Shown one piece after another: positions 36,090 through 44,932 of a stretch of DNA of 64,000 nucleotides; the first letter of the stretch is position 1, and the number at the start of each line of letters is the position of its first letter. Position numbers and translations under genes: made by a program. This stretch comes from Clostridia bacterium. GTDB lineage: Bacteria > Bacillota > Clostridia > Saccharofermentanales > UBA5734. The notes below the pieces were generated by a model. The model was given only the letters and a program-made list of their open reading frames with translations, made no database searches and was not told the origin of the DNA. Location of the stretch: the NCBI GenBank assembly GCA_040772725.1, contig JAXGXR010000002.1, positions 949,223-1,013,222 on the forward strand, read 5' to 3'.

Positions 36090-37781
36090 GTGAAGGGAAC
36101 AGGAAGCAGGGAACGGCCGCATCGGGATCGATCCGGCAGGATCATCCATTCACAGGCCATCCTCTATGGCCTTGTCTGGACATCGATCCAGGTGATGACC
36201 CTGGACCGCTTCCCGTTCGTCCATTCCGATGAAGCATGGCTGTCCGGGCTGTCGCTGACCATGCTCCGCGCGAGATCCTTCCTGGTGACCGAGCCCTTTT
36301 TCGATGTGTTCCCCCGACAGGCTCACGCATTCAAAATCCTCTTTCATGCGCTTCAATCCGGTTTCATCCAGCTGTTCGGCTATCAGCTGAAGAGTATCAG
36401 GCTGATCAGCCTGATGGCCGCGATGGCCTGCCTCGTCATGTTGCATGTCCATGCCGATCGCCTGTTTTCAGACAAGAAGGCAGCCCTGGGCTTCACGATC
36501 CTGTTCAGTCTCCAGATCCAGTTCCTGTACGCTTCCCATCTGGCCCGCCAGGAAATCCTGCTTCTGCTGGTGCTCATTCTGGCCGGTTTTCTGTATGATC
36601 GATCCACAGCCGGACGATTCTGGGTCATGCCACTCATGATCGGTCTGTCCGCGATGCTGCACCCGAACGCATTCATCATCGCCATGATGATCGGGCTGGT
36701 TGTTCTCAAGGACGCCTGGCGAAAACGCATCCCACGTAACCGTTTGCTGTTGTACACCGGCATCCTGCTTTCATGCATGGTCGCGCTGACATCTGTCAGC
36801 CTGGCCATGACGCCGGATTTCCTGACCAATTATGCCCGATACGGGTCAACATTCGGCATGGATACGGGTCTGATCTCTCGCTGGCAAGGCTTCCTTGCCT
36901 ATTTCATCAAGCTATTTCAGCAGATCAGCGGCTCTTACTGGCTGCCGGACATCCGTTTCTGGCTGATACTAGGCGGAGTGGTCACGCTTGTCTCGATTGC
37001 AGCCCTGCTTTTGGCTGGTCGACGAATTGGAATGGAAACGAGAAACGGTCTCGAAAACGGCCTGTGTGGAATGGGGGGATTTTTGATGGCCACCTTCATC
37101 ATCGGCCGATACAATCCGACCGCCATCCTGTTTGCCTTCTACCCGATTCTACTGCTGACCGGACACCTGCTGAATGCCTTGTGGCAGTCCCGCTCACAAT
37201 GGCTCAGAGGGACGGCGATTGCTGCAGCCGGTGGGCTGATTGCCTTCAGCCTGGTGGGCAGTATCCAGACGATTCGACCGTTCACGATGAAGGTGACGGA
37301 TCCATACGAATTGTATCTGGCTGAAATTCGCGGCCATCTGCCTCAGGACGCCATCGTGCTCGGCAACCTGAGCGCGGGATTTGCCCTGATGGATGTTCCG
37401 TTCTATGACATCCGCAACCTGGACCATGTGGCAAACCTGAATGGCCAGGACAACAATGTTCCGTCAACCAGCATAAGTGACCCGGATAAGCAAATGACAA
37501 CAGCATCTGACATAGAGGCCTATCTGCAAAAAAACGAAATCAACACGGTCATCTGGTATGAGGAATATGACTACATCATCAGAAACCCCATGTGGCGGAT
37601 CCTCTATGAGGAGCAATCCGACAGCACAGCTCCGTCCGACATGCTGATGGCCCTCAAGCAGGTGGTCGAAGAAAGGGGCGACTTGCTCCATACGTTCGAA
37701 TCCAAGGTGTATGGGACCCGGATCGCCCGGTTTATGGACGACTATCCATGGCAGATCAGCTTGTATCGGATCCAGCCTTGA
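36090..37781 (+). CDS. GT-C fold membrane glycosyltransferase (ArnT/PMT-like, GT39/GT83-type)
   Basis: More than 10 TM segments and an acidic HSDEAW motif in the first extracytoplasmic loop, then a ~160-aa soluble C-terminal domain. Start is uncertain (GTG 36090 or ATG 35997). Confidence 0.55.
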   Translation: MKGTGSRERPHRDRSGRIIHSQAILYGLVWTSIQVMTLDRFPFVHSDEAWLSGLSLTMLRARSFLVTEPFFDVFPRQAHAFKILFHALQSGFIQLFGYQLKSIRLISLMAAMACLVMLHVHADRLFSDKKAALGFTILFSLQIQFLYASHLARQEILLLLVLILAGFLYDRSTAGRFWVMPLMIGLSAMLHPNAFIIAMMIGLVVLKDAWRKRIPRNRLLLYTGILLSCMVALTSVSLAMTPDFLTNYARYGSTFGMDTGLISRWQGFLAYFIKLFQQISGSYWLPDIRFWLILGGVVTLVSIAALLLAGRRIGMETRNGLENGLCGMGGFLMATFIIGRYNPTAILFAFYPILLLTGHLLNALWQSRSQWLRGTAIAAAGGLIAFSLVGSIQTIRPFTMKVTDPYELYLAEIRGHLPQDAIVLGNLSAGFALMDVPFYDIRNLDHVANLNGQDNNVPSTSISDPDKQMTTASDIEAYLQKNEINTVIWYEEYDYIIRNPMWRILYEEQSDSTAPSDMLMALKQVVEERGDLLHTFESKVYGTRIARFMDDYPWQISLYRIQP

Positions 37782-37841
37782 TCAGATAAAAGGAGGCTTC
37801 CCGATTGCCGGTCAGCCTCCTGTCAGATGATTTCCGTCGCT

Positions 37842-37874
37842 CTTGACCTTGTCTGTGCTGACAAGGTCAAGTTT
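37842..37874. terminator. hairpin between convergent genes
   Basis: CTTGACCTTGTC-tgtgct-GACAAGGTCAAG perfect 12-bp stem followed by TTTAAA on the plus strand. Confidence 0.5.
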
Positions 37875-37884
37875 AAACCGCCTG

Positions 37885-39609
37885 TTATTTGAAGTTGTAC
37901 TTGGTCACGATCTTGTCGCGACCGGTGACCTGGTCATTGTAGTATTCGTAATAGCAGATGCCCAGATACGATCCGGATATGTTCCTGACATTGCAATACC
38001 CAAGATTGTACAAAGCCTTGACGGCGTTGTAGCTTCTCTGGGAAGACCGGCAATGCATATAGACGGGAATGTCCTGGGGAATTTCGTCTACTCTTTGCCG
38101 AAGCTCGCTGAGCGGGATGTTGATCGCATTGATCAGGTGACCGGCTTCATATTCCCGCTTCTCACGGACATCGACGATGAAGGCATTGCTCTCGACCAGT
38201 TCTCTGACCTCGGACACCTTGACCTGTTCGAAATCGCCGTTCAGCAGATTCAGTCCCACCAGCGCGGCCAGGTTGACAACATCCTTGGCCGTCCCGAACG
38301 GCGGCGCGTAGCACAGTTCGAGCTCTTTCAAGTCTTCAAGGGTACCGCCCATGGTGATCATGGTTGCGATCACGTCGATCCGCTTGTCCACGTTGCCCTT
38401 GCCGATGGCCTGGGCACCCAGGATCGTGCCGGTCGGGACTTCATACACCAGCTTGAAATGCATTGGATTGCTGTCCGGCATCAGGCCGACCTTGTCGCTC
38501 GGGATGATGTAGACGAAATCATGATGAATGCCGGCTTTCTGGGCAGCTTTGACGGTCAGTCCGGTCGAGGCGGCGTTCATGCCGAAGACCTTGATGCAGG
38601 ATGAACCGATGACACCGGTGTAGCGATGGGGTTTGCCGTACATGTGGTCTGCCGCGGCCCGGGCTTGTCTCTGGGCCGGACCGGCCAGGGGCAGCCGAGT
38701 CCGCTGCTTGGTGATCTGATTGTAGGTCTCGATCGCGTCGCCGACGGCATAGATGTTCTTGTCATTCGTCAGATAATTGTGGTCGACCAGAATGCCGCCG
38801 GTTTCTCCCAGTTTCAGGCCGGCATCGACAGCCAGGGAAACTTCCGGCCTGACACCGATGGCCATGACGACCGCTTCAGCCGGTATGGTCTTGCCGGAAT
38901 TGAGTTCGATGGCTTCTTCCCCGACTTTTTTCAAGCCGTCACCCAGAATGAGGTTGACACCCTGGTCCATCATTTCCTTGTGGAGGATCTGTGCCATGTC
39001 GTAATCATAGGGCGCCATGATCTGGTCGAGGGCTTCGACCAGCGTGACATTGAACCCGGCTTCCTTCAGGTTTTCAGCAACTTCCACGCCGATGAAGCCA
39101 CCGCCGATCACGGCGATGTTGTTGACTTCGCACATCTCGACATTGGTCATTTTCGTACGGCTCTTGACGTACTTGTTCAGTTTGTCGATGTCCACGACAT
39201 TTCTGACGACAAAAACGTTGGGGCCGTCAATGCCTTCGATGCTCCTGGGGAGGATCGGGTTTGCACCCGGGGAAAGGAACAGTTTGTCATAGGTCTCTTT
39301 GTATTCTTTTCCGGTGTCGAGTTCCCTGACCGTGACTGTTTTCTTGGCCCGGTTGATTTTGACGACTTCTGACATGACCCGGGCCTGGATGTTGTACTGC
39401 TTCTTGAAAACGATCGGATCCATCAGAACAAGATCCTCGCTGTTTGGAACGATTCCACTCAGATGATAAGGCAAGGAGCAGTTTGAAAAACTGACATTGG
39501 GCCCTCTTTCGAACATGATGATCTCGGCGGTTTCATCGATGCGCCTCACCCTGGCTGCCACGGAAGCGCCGCCGGCGACACCTCCAACGATCAGAATCTT
39601 TTTCCCCAT
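37885..39609 (-). CDS. CoA-disulfide reductase / NAD(P)H persulfide reductase with a C-terminal rhodanese domain
   Basis: 574 aa. FAD motif VGGVAGGAS, redox Cys SFSNCSLPY, NAD motif VIGGGFIGVE, and a C-terminal rhodanese with the loop MHCRSSQRS. Confidence 0.9.
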   Translation of the reverse strand: MGKKILIVGGVAGGASVAARVRRIDETAEIIMFERGPNVSFSNCSLPYHLSGIVPNSEDLVLMDPIVFKKQYNIQARVMSEVVKINRAKKTVTVRELDTGKEYKETYDKLFLSPGANPILPRSIEGIDGPNVFVVRNVVDIDKLNKYVKSRTKMTNVEMCEVNNIAVIGGGFIGVEVAENLKEAGFNVTLVEALDQIMAPYDYDMAQILHKEMMDQGVNLILGDGLKKVGEEAIELNSGKTIPAEAVVMAIGVRPEVSLAVDAGLKLGETGGILVDHNYLTNDKNIYAVGDAIETYNQITKQRTRLPLAGPAQRQARAAADHMYGKPHRYTGVIGSSCIKVFGMNAASTGLTVKAAQKAGIHHDFVYIIPSDKVGLMPDSNPMHFKLVYEVPTGTILGAQAIGKGNVDKRIDVIATMITMGGTLEDLKELELCYAPPFGTAKDVVNLAALVGLNLLNGDFEQVKVSEVRELVESNAFIVDVREKREYEAGHLINAINIPLSELRQRVDEIPQDIPVYMHCRSSQRSYNAVKALYNLGYCNVRNISGSYLGICYYEYYNDQVTGRDKIVTKYNFK

Positions 39610-39738
39610 GGTTTTGATTTCTCCTTTCTTTGATTCCGGACAAATTCAAACATGCCGTTCATGTGGCAAAATATCGATAAATATGTTCGGATATGTCACT
39701 TGACTATCTGAATCGTGATCAAGAACGAGAGAATTCGT

Positions 39739-41010
39739 TCAGCGTTTGGCAAAAATGACTTTTGAGAGCGAATGGCCGATAACCCCGCCAACCACCATGA
39801 AAACCAGGAATACCCATCCGGAAAGCGAGAAATTGGCAATTGGCGTGAACAGGGCGCCGACATTGCAGCCATTGGCCAGTCGAGTGCCAAATCCCATCGT
39901 CAATCCGCCCAACACGAACGTCAGGGCTTCACGGGTGGTGATGTGGATTTCCTCCAGAAAGGTTTCCTTGAAGACGCCGGCTGTCAGCAGGAAAACAGCG
40001 GTCCCCAGCACAATGCCGACGTTCTGGACGGTAATCTGGTTCTGGAACAGCGGCTGTGTGAAACTGCCGGCACTCATGCCGGAGAAGGAAGCCAGCGAAT
40101 CCGCCGACACTCCAAACAGCATCAGGATCTTGCCAAACCAGATTCCATACGGGGTGGAAGCGCCCCAGCCGGCTCGGGTCACGCCCATCATCAATCCGTA
40201 GAAGATGACCAGCAGGACCGCGCCTTGCTGCAGGGTCCACGGCCTGACGAAGAGACGGTCGTATGTGCTGTTGCTCAGCGGTTTGAAGTCCTTGGCGTCC
40301 GGCTCGGCCAGAGCAGCCTGCTTTTTCTCCATGCCGACACCGGTGTATGTGTTGTTCAGCTTGCGGCGCTTTTCGTATAGCGTGGCCAGCCAGACGACCG
40401 CACCGCAAAGGATTGCGGTCATGAGCAGCGCGCCAATATAGCCGCCGGTGCCGTCCCCGCGGAACAGGTCGGGCAGGAAGATGCCATTGTGGTAGGTCGC
40501 CTTGTCCACATCCAGGAAGAACCAGGACCGCTTGACCCAAGCTGCTCCGTTTTGAAGCGGATAACCCAGGAAGACGCCCATCATGAAGAAAATCAGCGTG
40601 ATGAACGCTCGCGGCAGACCTGTCACCAGGTCTGTCATCACACCGGAGGCGCAGCAGGAAGCGAAGGACATGCCGAAACCGAAGAGCAGTCCGCCAAGAA
40701 TCAAGCCCAGATTGATCGGATTGATCCAGAGACTGTAGGTGGTCGCATCCTGTCGGAACAAGAACGCGGTCGTCAGGAGCGCCGCGATGAAGAACATGAA
40801 CATCATGGTTCGCATCAGTTTTGTCGATCCGGTTCTAACAGCCCGGTTGACGCTGCCGGCAAAGCCGGTGTAGGCCCTTGAAAGGGTGTAACCGATTCCG
40901 GTACCGACCAGAAGCCGGAAAAACAGGACATCTGACGCCAACAAAGTCTTGCCCAGGATCATGAGCAGAATAATGCCGATAAAACCAATCACTTTCTCCA
41001 CATTCTTCAT
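39739..41010 (-). CDS. YeeE/YedE family sulfur-compound (thiosulfate-type) transporter
   Basis: 423 aa, multi-TM. Conserved Cys motifs SFASCCASG and RLANGCNVG are typical of YeeE/YedE. Confidence 0.85.
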   Translation of the reverse strand: MKNVEKVIGFIGIILLMILGKTLLASDVLFFRLLVGTGIGYTLSRAYTGFAGSVNRAVRTGSTKLMRTMMFMFFIAALLTTAFLFRQDATTYSLWINPINLGLILGGLLFGFGMSFASCCASGVMTDLVTGLPRAFITLIFFMMGVFLGYPLQNGAAWVKRSWFFLDVDKATYHNGIFLPDLFRGDGTGGYIGALLMTAILCGAVVWLATLYEKRRKLNNTYTGVGMEKKQAALAEPDAKDFKPLSNSTYDRLFVRPWTLQQGAVLLVIFYGLMMGVTRAGWGASTPYGIWFGKILMLFGVSADSLASFSGMSAGSFTQPLFQNQITVQNVGIVLGTAVFLLTAGVFKETFLEEIHITTREALTFVLGGLTMGFGTRLANGCNVGALFTPIANFSLSGWVFLVFMVVGGVIGHSLSKVIFAKR

Positions 41011-41060
41011 AAGTACCCTACCTCTTATTCGTGTGCTTTTGATTAATGGTGTTGACAGTC

Positions 41061-41069
41061 ATTATATCA
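41061..41069 (-). promoter_or_regulatory. extended -10 element upstream of yeeE-like gene
   Basis: Minus strand reads TGATATAAT (TGnTATAAT) about 50 nt upstream of the ATG. No good -35 element. Confidence 0.3.
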
Positions 41070-41127
41070 GTGATTCATGAAAAAGTGCATGTTTTTGACC
41101 AAATGCCGGAAACGATTTCGATACAAT

Positions 41128-41982
41128 TCAACGTTGTCTTTTCACCGGCTCATCTTTGTCCATCCTGACAGTATCTGTATCCATATCTCCGGTGATCATG
41201 ATCAGGATCTCATCTCGTACCTCCATGTATCCTTGCGAATAGCGAACGTGATCCAGTTTGCTATCGCCATTCAGGATTTCATAGGTGAAATGCGTGCGAA
41301 ATTCTTTGATGATCTTGCTTGGCCGTTGCGACATCACTAGAATTCTGGTCCCCAGGGAAAGGGCTTCATCAACATCGTGGGTGATCAATAGGACCGTGCT
41401 CTGTGTTTTCTGCCAGATCTCCCGAGCCAGATTCTGGATATTCTTTCGGGTCAGCGCATCAAGAGCGCCGAAGGGTTCGTCCATCAGCACCATGCGAGGC
41501 TGATTGACCAGTATCCTGGCAAAAGCCGCACGTTGCTTCATTCCACCGGACAATTCATATGGATGATAATTGGCAAAGTCGCTCAACCCGACAGTCTTTA
41601 GACTTTCAGCAGTCAATTCTTCGATCTTTTCCCTGGATACATGCCGCATCTTCAAACCAAATGAAATGTTGTCATGTACATTGAGCCATGGAAAACAAGA
41701 AGGACGCTGGAAGATGACGCCACGATCCCAATCCGGTCCGGTAATCGGCTTATGATCCATTATTGCTTCGCCATCGGTTGGTAGAAGCAAACCGGCGATA
41801 ATCCAAAGCAATGTACTTTTTCCGCACCCTGAAGGACCGAGCAGACAAACGAATTCACCCGCCTCGATATCAAGATTGATATCTTGAAGAACAACCACGT
41901 CACCTTTTGCGCCATGATAGGTCATATGGATATTATTCAGCGAGATGATGTGGTCTTTCGGTCCTGCTGTGGCTGCATTCAT
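41128..41982 (-). CDS. ABC transporter ATP-binding protein, NitT/TauT family (TauB/SsuB-like)
   Basis: Walker A GPSGCGKST, signature LSGGMKQR, Walker B LMDEPFGALD. Confidence 0.9.
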   Translation of the reverse strand: MNAATAGPKDHIISLNNIHMTYHGAKGDVVVLQDINLDIEAGEFVCLLGPSGCGKSTLLWIIAGLLLPTDGEAIMDHKPITGPDWDRGVIFQRPSCFPWLNVHDNISFGLKMRHVSREKIEELTAESLKTVGLSDFANYHPYELSGGMKQRAAFARILVNQPRMVLMDEPFGALDALTRKNIQNLAREIWQKTQSTVLLITHDVDEALSLGTRILVMSQRPSKIIKEFRTHFTYEILNGDSKLDHVRYSQGYMEVRDEILIMITGDMDTDTVRMDKDEPVKRQR

Positions 41983-42001
41983 GCCAACTGCACCTCTCTT
42001 G

Positions 42002-43048
42002 CTATTTTTTCATTTGCTGCACGGCTTGTTCGATATAAAACGAATTGATGGCCGCTTCGAAAACCGATAGTTTCGGTTCGGAGACCAGGCTGTTCTGTTC
42101 ATACAGGAAATCAGCAGTGTCCTTGATGGCGGCTGCCAGATTGCCCCGCTTCTCAGTCGTTCCAAAATAAGCCGTGTCAAGTTGCTCCTCTGCGCGGAGC
42201 CAGATCGATCCGGTCATCTGTTTGAGCGCATCCGCCTCAGTGAGTTCCATGGCCCTCGCAATGGACTTGACGGCTTCCGGCTGGTTTTCCTTGAACAGCG
42301 CCACGCATTCGTCCACCGTTTGGATGTATTTGACGACGATGTCGGGGTACTGCTGGGCAAATTCACGCCGGACAATCTCGACGTTCATGGTGACTATCCC
42401 CTGGTTTGCCAGGTCTTCACTGCTGATGATCATCTTGCCGTCTGTCAGCAGGTTGGACAGGGTCGGTTCCCAGGCATAAGCCGCGTCGATGTCTCCCCTT
42501 TGCCATGCGGCATAAAGGTCGGGCATCTGCATGTCATAGATCTCCACGTCTTTTTCGGCGATGCCGTTCAATTCCAATGCTTTCAACAGGCTGTAGTGGG
42601 CTGTCGATGAAAACGGTGTCGCCACCTTCTTGCCCACCAGGTCCTGGATCGTTTCGATGGAGGATCCGTTTCGGGCAACCAGCTGTTCGGCCAGTCCCAA
42701 GACCTCATGGATCCAGATCAACTCCACGTCAATGCCATTGGCAATGCCGATTGTCGCCGATGATGATCCAAGGTGGGCAAAATCGATGTCCTTGGAAACC
42801 AATGCGTTCCGGATTTCTCCTGCCTGGAATTCAATGATGTTGACCTTGACGCCGAGCGCTTTTTCGAACAGGCCCTTTTCGATGGCAATCCGCTCACCGT
42901 TGGGTATCTGCTGGGTGCCGATATTGACAACGACTGGCAAGGGTGTGCCGGTCGAATCGGATGGTTGTGTTGAATGATTACAACCAGCCAGCAAAACAAG
43001 GGAGATGGTCAATGAGAGAATGATTGAAATGGCCCGTTTGCATTTCAT
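42002..43048 (-). CDS. ABC substrate-binding lipoprotein, taurine/sulfonate (TauA-like)
   Basis: Lipobox LLAGC. The 348-aa NMT1/TauA-like pattern includes the AYAWEP motif. Confidence 0.75.
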   Translation of the reverse strand: MKCKRAISIILSLTISLVLLAGCNHSTQPSDSTGTPLPVVVNIGTQQIPNGERIAIEKGLFEKALGVKVNIIEFQAGEIRNALVSKDIDFAHLGSSSATIGIANGIDVELIWIHEVLGLAEQLVARNGSSIETIQDLVGKKVATPFSSTAHYSLLKALELNGIAEKDVEIYDMQMPDLYAAWQRGDIDAAYAWEPTLSNLLTDGKMIISSEDLANQGIVTMNVEIVRREFAQQYPDIVVKYIQTVDECVALFKENQPEAVKSIARAMELTEADALKQMTGSIWLRAEEQLDTAYFGTTEKRGNLAAAIKDTADFLYEQNSLVSEPKLSVFEAAINSFYIEQAVQQMKK

Positions 43049-43075
43049 AAAGTCCGGTTCCTCCTCAAATGGTTC

Positions 43076-43822
43076 CTAACATTCTTTTCCTTTCCAGGGG
43101 ACTAACTTTCTTTCAATAAAAAGGATGATCCTGTCCAGCATGATTCCTGTGATTCCCATCAGGATGATGCCTAGAAAAATGATGTCGCTGCGCATGTAAC
43201 GACTCGCGTCCAGAACCATCCAGCCGACACCTGACCTCGCCGCAACCATTTCAGCGGATACCAGTGTCGTGTAGCCTACACCCAGTGCAGTCCGGATCCC
43301 GGTGAAAATGTCCGGCAGGCAGGCCGGGAATATGACATGGATGTAGATCTGCCATTTTGTTGCACCAACAATTCGGGCATTGTTGATGTAGTCTTCTCGG
43401 ATTTTTGACACAGCAGAAGCACTCGCGATATATATGGGAGCCATGCAGGCAAGGAACAGAAGGGAGATTTTGGATTCGTTTCCGATGCCCATCCATAGCA
43501 CGAGCAGGGTGTAATAGGCCAGTGGCGGCAGCGGCCGATAAAATTCGATCAGCGGCTCCAGGGCGGCCCGGACCTTCGGGCTGTTGCCGCTGGCCAGACC
43601 CAGTGGGACGGTGATGACAACCGCCGCGAAGAACGCGATCAGCAGGCGTTCAAGACTGGTGCCCAGATGCTGCAGCAGCGTGAAGTTCTTGTAACCATTG
43701 CGAAGAATGTCCACAAAGGCCTTCCAGACGGAGGCCGGTGCCGGGACCAGCTTGGGGTCGACCCATTTGAGGGAGGTGGAAACAAACCATATCGCGAAAA
43801 CACTCGCGATGACAGCGAACAT
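43076..43822 (-). CDS. ABC transporter permease, NitT/TauT family (TauC-like)
   Basis: 248 aa, 6 TM. It is the first gene of the permease-SBP-ATPase string on the minus strand. Confidence 0.85.
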   Translation of the reverse strand: MFAVIASVFAIWFVSTSLKWVDPKLVPAPASVWKAFVDILRNGYKNFTLLQHLGTSLERLLIAFFAAVVITVPLGLASGNSPKVRAALEPLIEFYRPLPPLAYYTLLVLWMGIGNESKISLLFLACMAPIYIASASAVSKIREDYINNARIVGATKWQIYIHVIFPACLPDIFTGIRTALGVGYTTLVSAEMVAARSGVGWMVLDASRYMRSDIIFLGIILMGITGIMLDRIILFIERKLVPWKGKEC

Positions 43823-44086
43823 GATCAGTTTTTCGGTTTTGCTTCTTTTACCCGAAATGATGCATGCCCCCCGCCAGGCTTGTTATATCCGATCTGAACC
43901 CGAATCATGCGGACCAGTCAGATTCGACACCATTGTATCATATCCAACCCCAATGTTTAAAAAGATTGTCAGAATCCTGACAAGACGCTCATAAATTCCT
44001 GACATTTGCGGTTTAGACTGAAGCCATGAACCAGACAAAAAGGCTAGCGGCCAAGCCCGCTACCCAAATAAAAGGAGTTGTGAATC

Positions 44087-44812
44087 ATGAACAGGCAAAT
44101 AAAGACATGGACCTCCAGCCTCCTCGCCGTCGCCATCCTTGGCACCGCCGGAGCCGTCATGGCAGAAGAAAACTCACTCGGGGCGAAAGCCGCCTCGGAA
44201 GACACAAGCTACACCCTGCAGGAAATGCTGACCTACGCGATCGAGGACGAATACATGGCCAAAGCCGAGTACGCAGCGATCATCGACACCTTTGACGTGG
44301 CCAGACCCTTCACCAACATCATGAGAGCCGAGAACACGCACATCGCAGAACTTCTGCCGCTCTTTGAAGCCTACCAGGTTCCGGTGCCCGCCGAGAGCTC
44401 CGTGGCCGGACAGGCCGTGATCCCCGAGACCCTGGCCGATACTTTTGCCATCGGCGTCGAGGCGGAAGAGAAGAATATCGCCATGTATGAAGCCTTCCTC
44501 AAGCAGGATCTGCCGGATGATGTCCGGGAAGTCTTTGAAAACCTGAGGGACGGCTCCATCAACCACCTGGCCGCTTTCGAACGGGGCGTATCCCGAGATG
44601 GGACCCAGACTGGACTAGGCAACCGCGCCGGCGGATCAGCCGATGTCAACGGCAATCGCGGCGGCAAGGCCAATGGGAACAGCCGCTTCGGCAATGATCT
44701 ATCGGAAAGCCGGAATCCGGGCAACCGGCTCGGTGGCATCACGGGGAATCGTGGCAACGGCGGTGGCAGCATTGGCCCCCAAGGTGATCCTGAGAACTGC
44801 ATACTCGGGTAA
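44087..44812 (+). CDS. secreted ferritin-like DUF2202 family protein
   Basis: Signal peptide, then paired ExxH-like ferritin motifs (IEDEYMAKAEY, EEKNIAMYE) and a Gly/Asn/Arg-rich tail. AAGGAG RBS. Confidence 0.65.
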   Translation: MNRQIKTWTSSLLAVAILGTAGAVMAEENSLGAKAASEDTSYTLQEMLTYAIEDEYMAKAEYAAIIDTFDVARPFTNIMRAENTHIAELLPLFEAYQVPVPAESSVAGQAVIPETLADTFAIGVEAEEKNIAMYEAFLKQDLPDDVREVFENLRDGSINHLAAFERGVSRDGTQTGLGNRAGGSADVNGNRGGKANGNSRFGNDLSESRNPGNRLGGITGNRGNGGGSIGPQGDPENCILG

Positions 44813-44862
44813 GATGATCAGTCATCAACAGGCGATTGCCTGAATATCACATAGAAACATAG

Positions 44863-44893
44863 AAAAGACCGCCTTCGAAAAGGTGGTCTTTTT
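44863..44893. terminator. bidirectional rho-independent terminator
   Basis: AAAAGACCGCC-ttcgaaaa-GGTGGTCTTTT hairpin (one G-U pair) with flanking A and T runs. Lies between convergent genes. Confidence 0.7.
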
Positions 44894-44932
44894 CCGTTCA
44901 ACGCGGGGGTCTGGCTCCCAATGATCGCGGGT

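Noticed and set aside
41077-41340. 87-aa plus-strand ORF after the yeeE-like gene, considered as a possible TusA/YeeD partner
   Set aside because: It lies mostly antisense to the 3' end of the ABC ATPase gene and has no CPxP-type TusA motif and no RBS.
43823-44086. Possible S-box/SAM or other riboswitch in leaders of the sulfur transporter genes (also 41011-41127)
   Set aside because: I read both strands and found only short 6-7-bp hairpins, with none of the conserved S-box core sequences I know. The leaders are ~110 nt with a plausible extended -10 but no recognisable aptamer.
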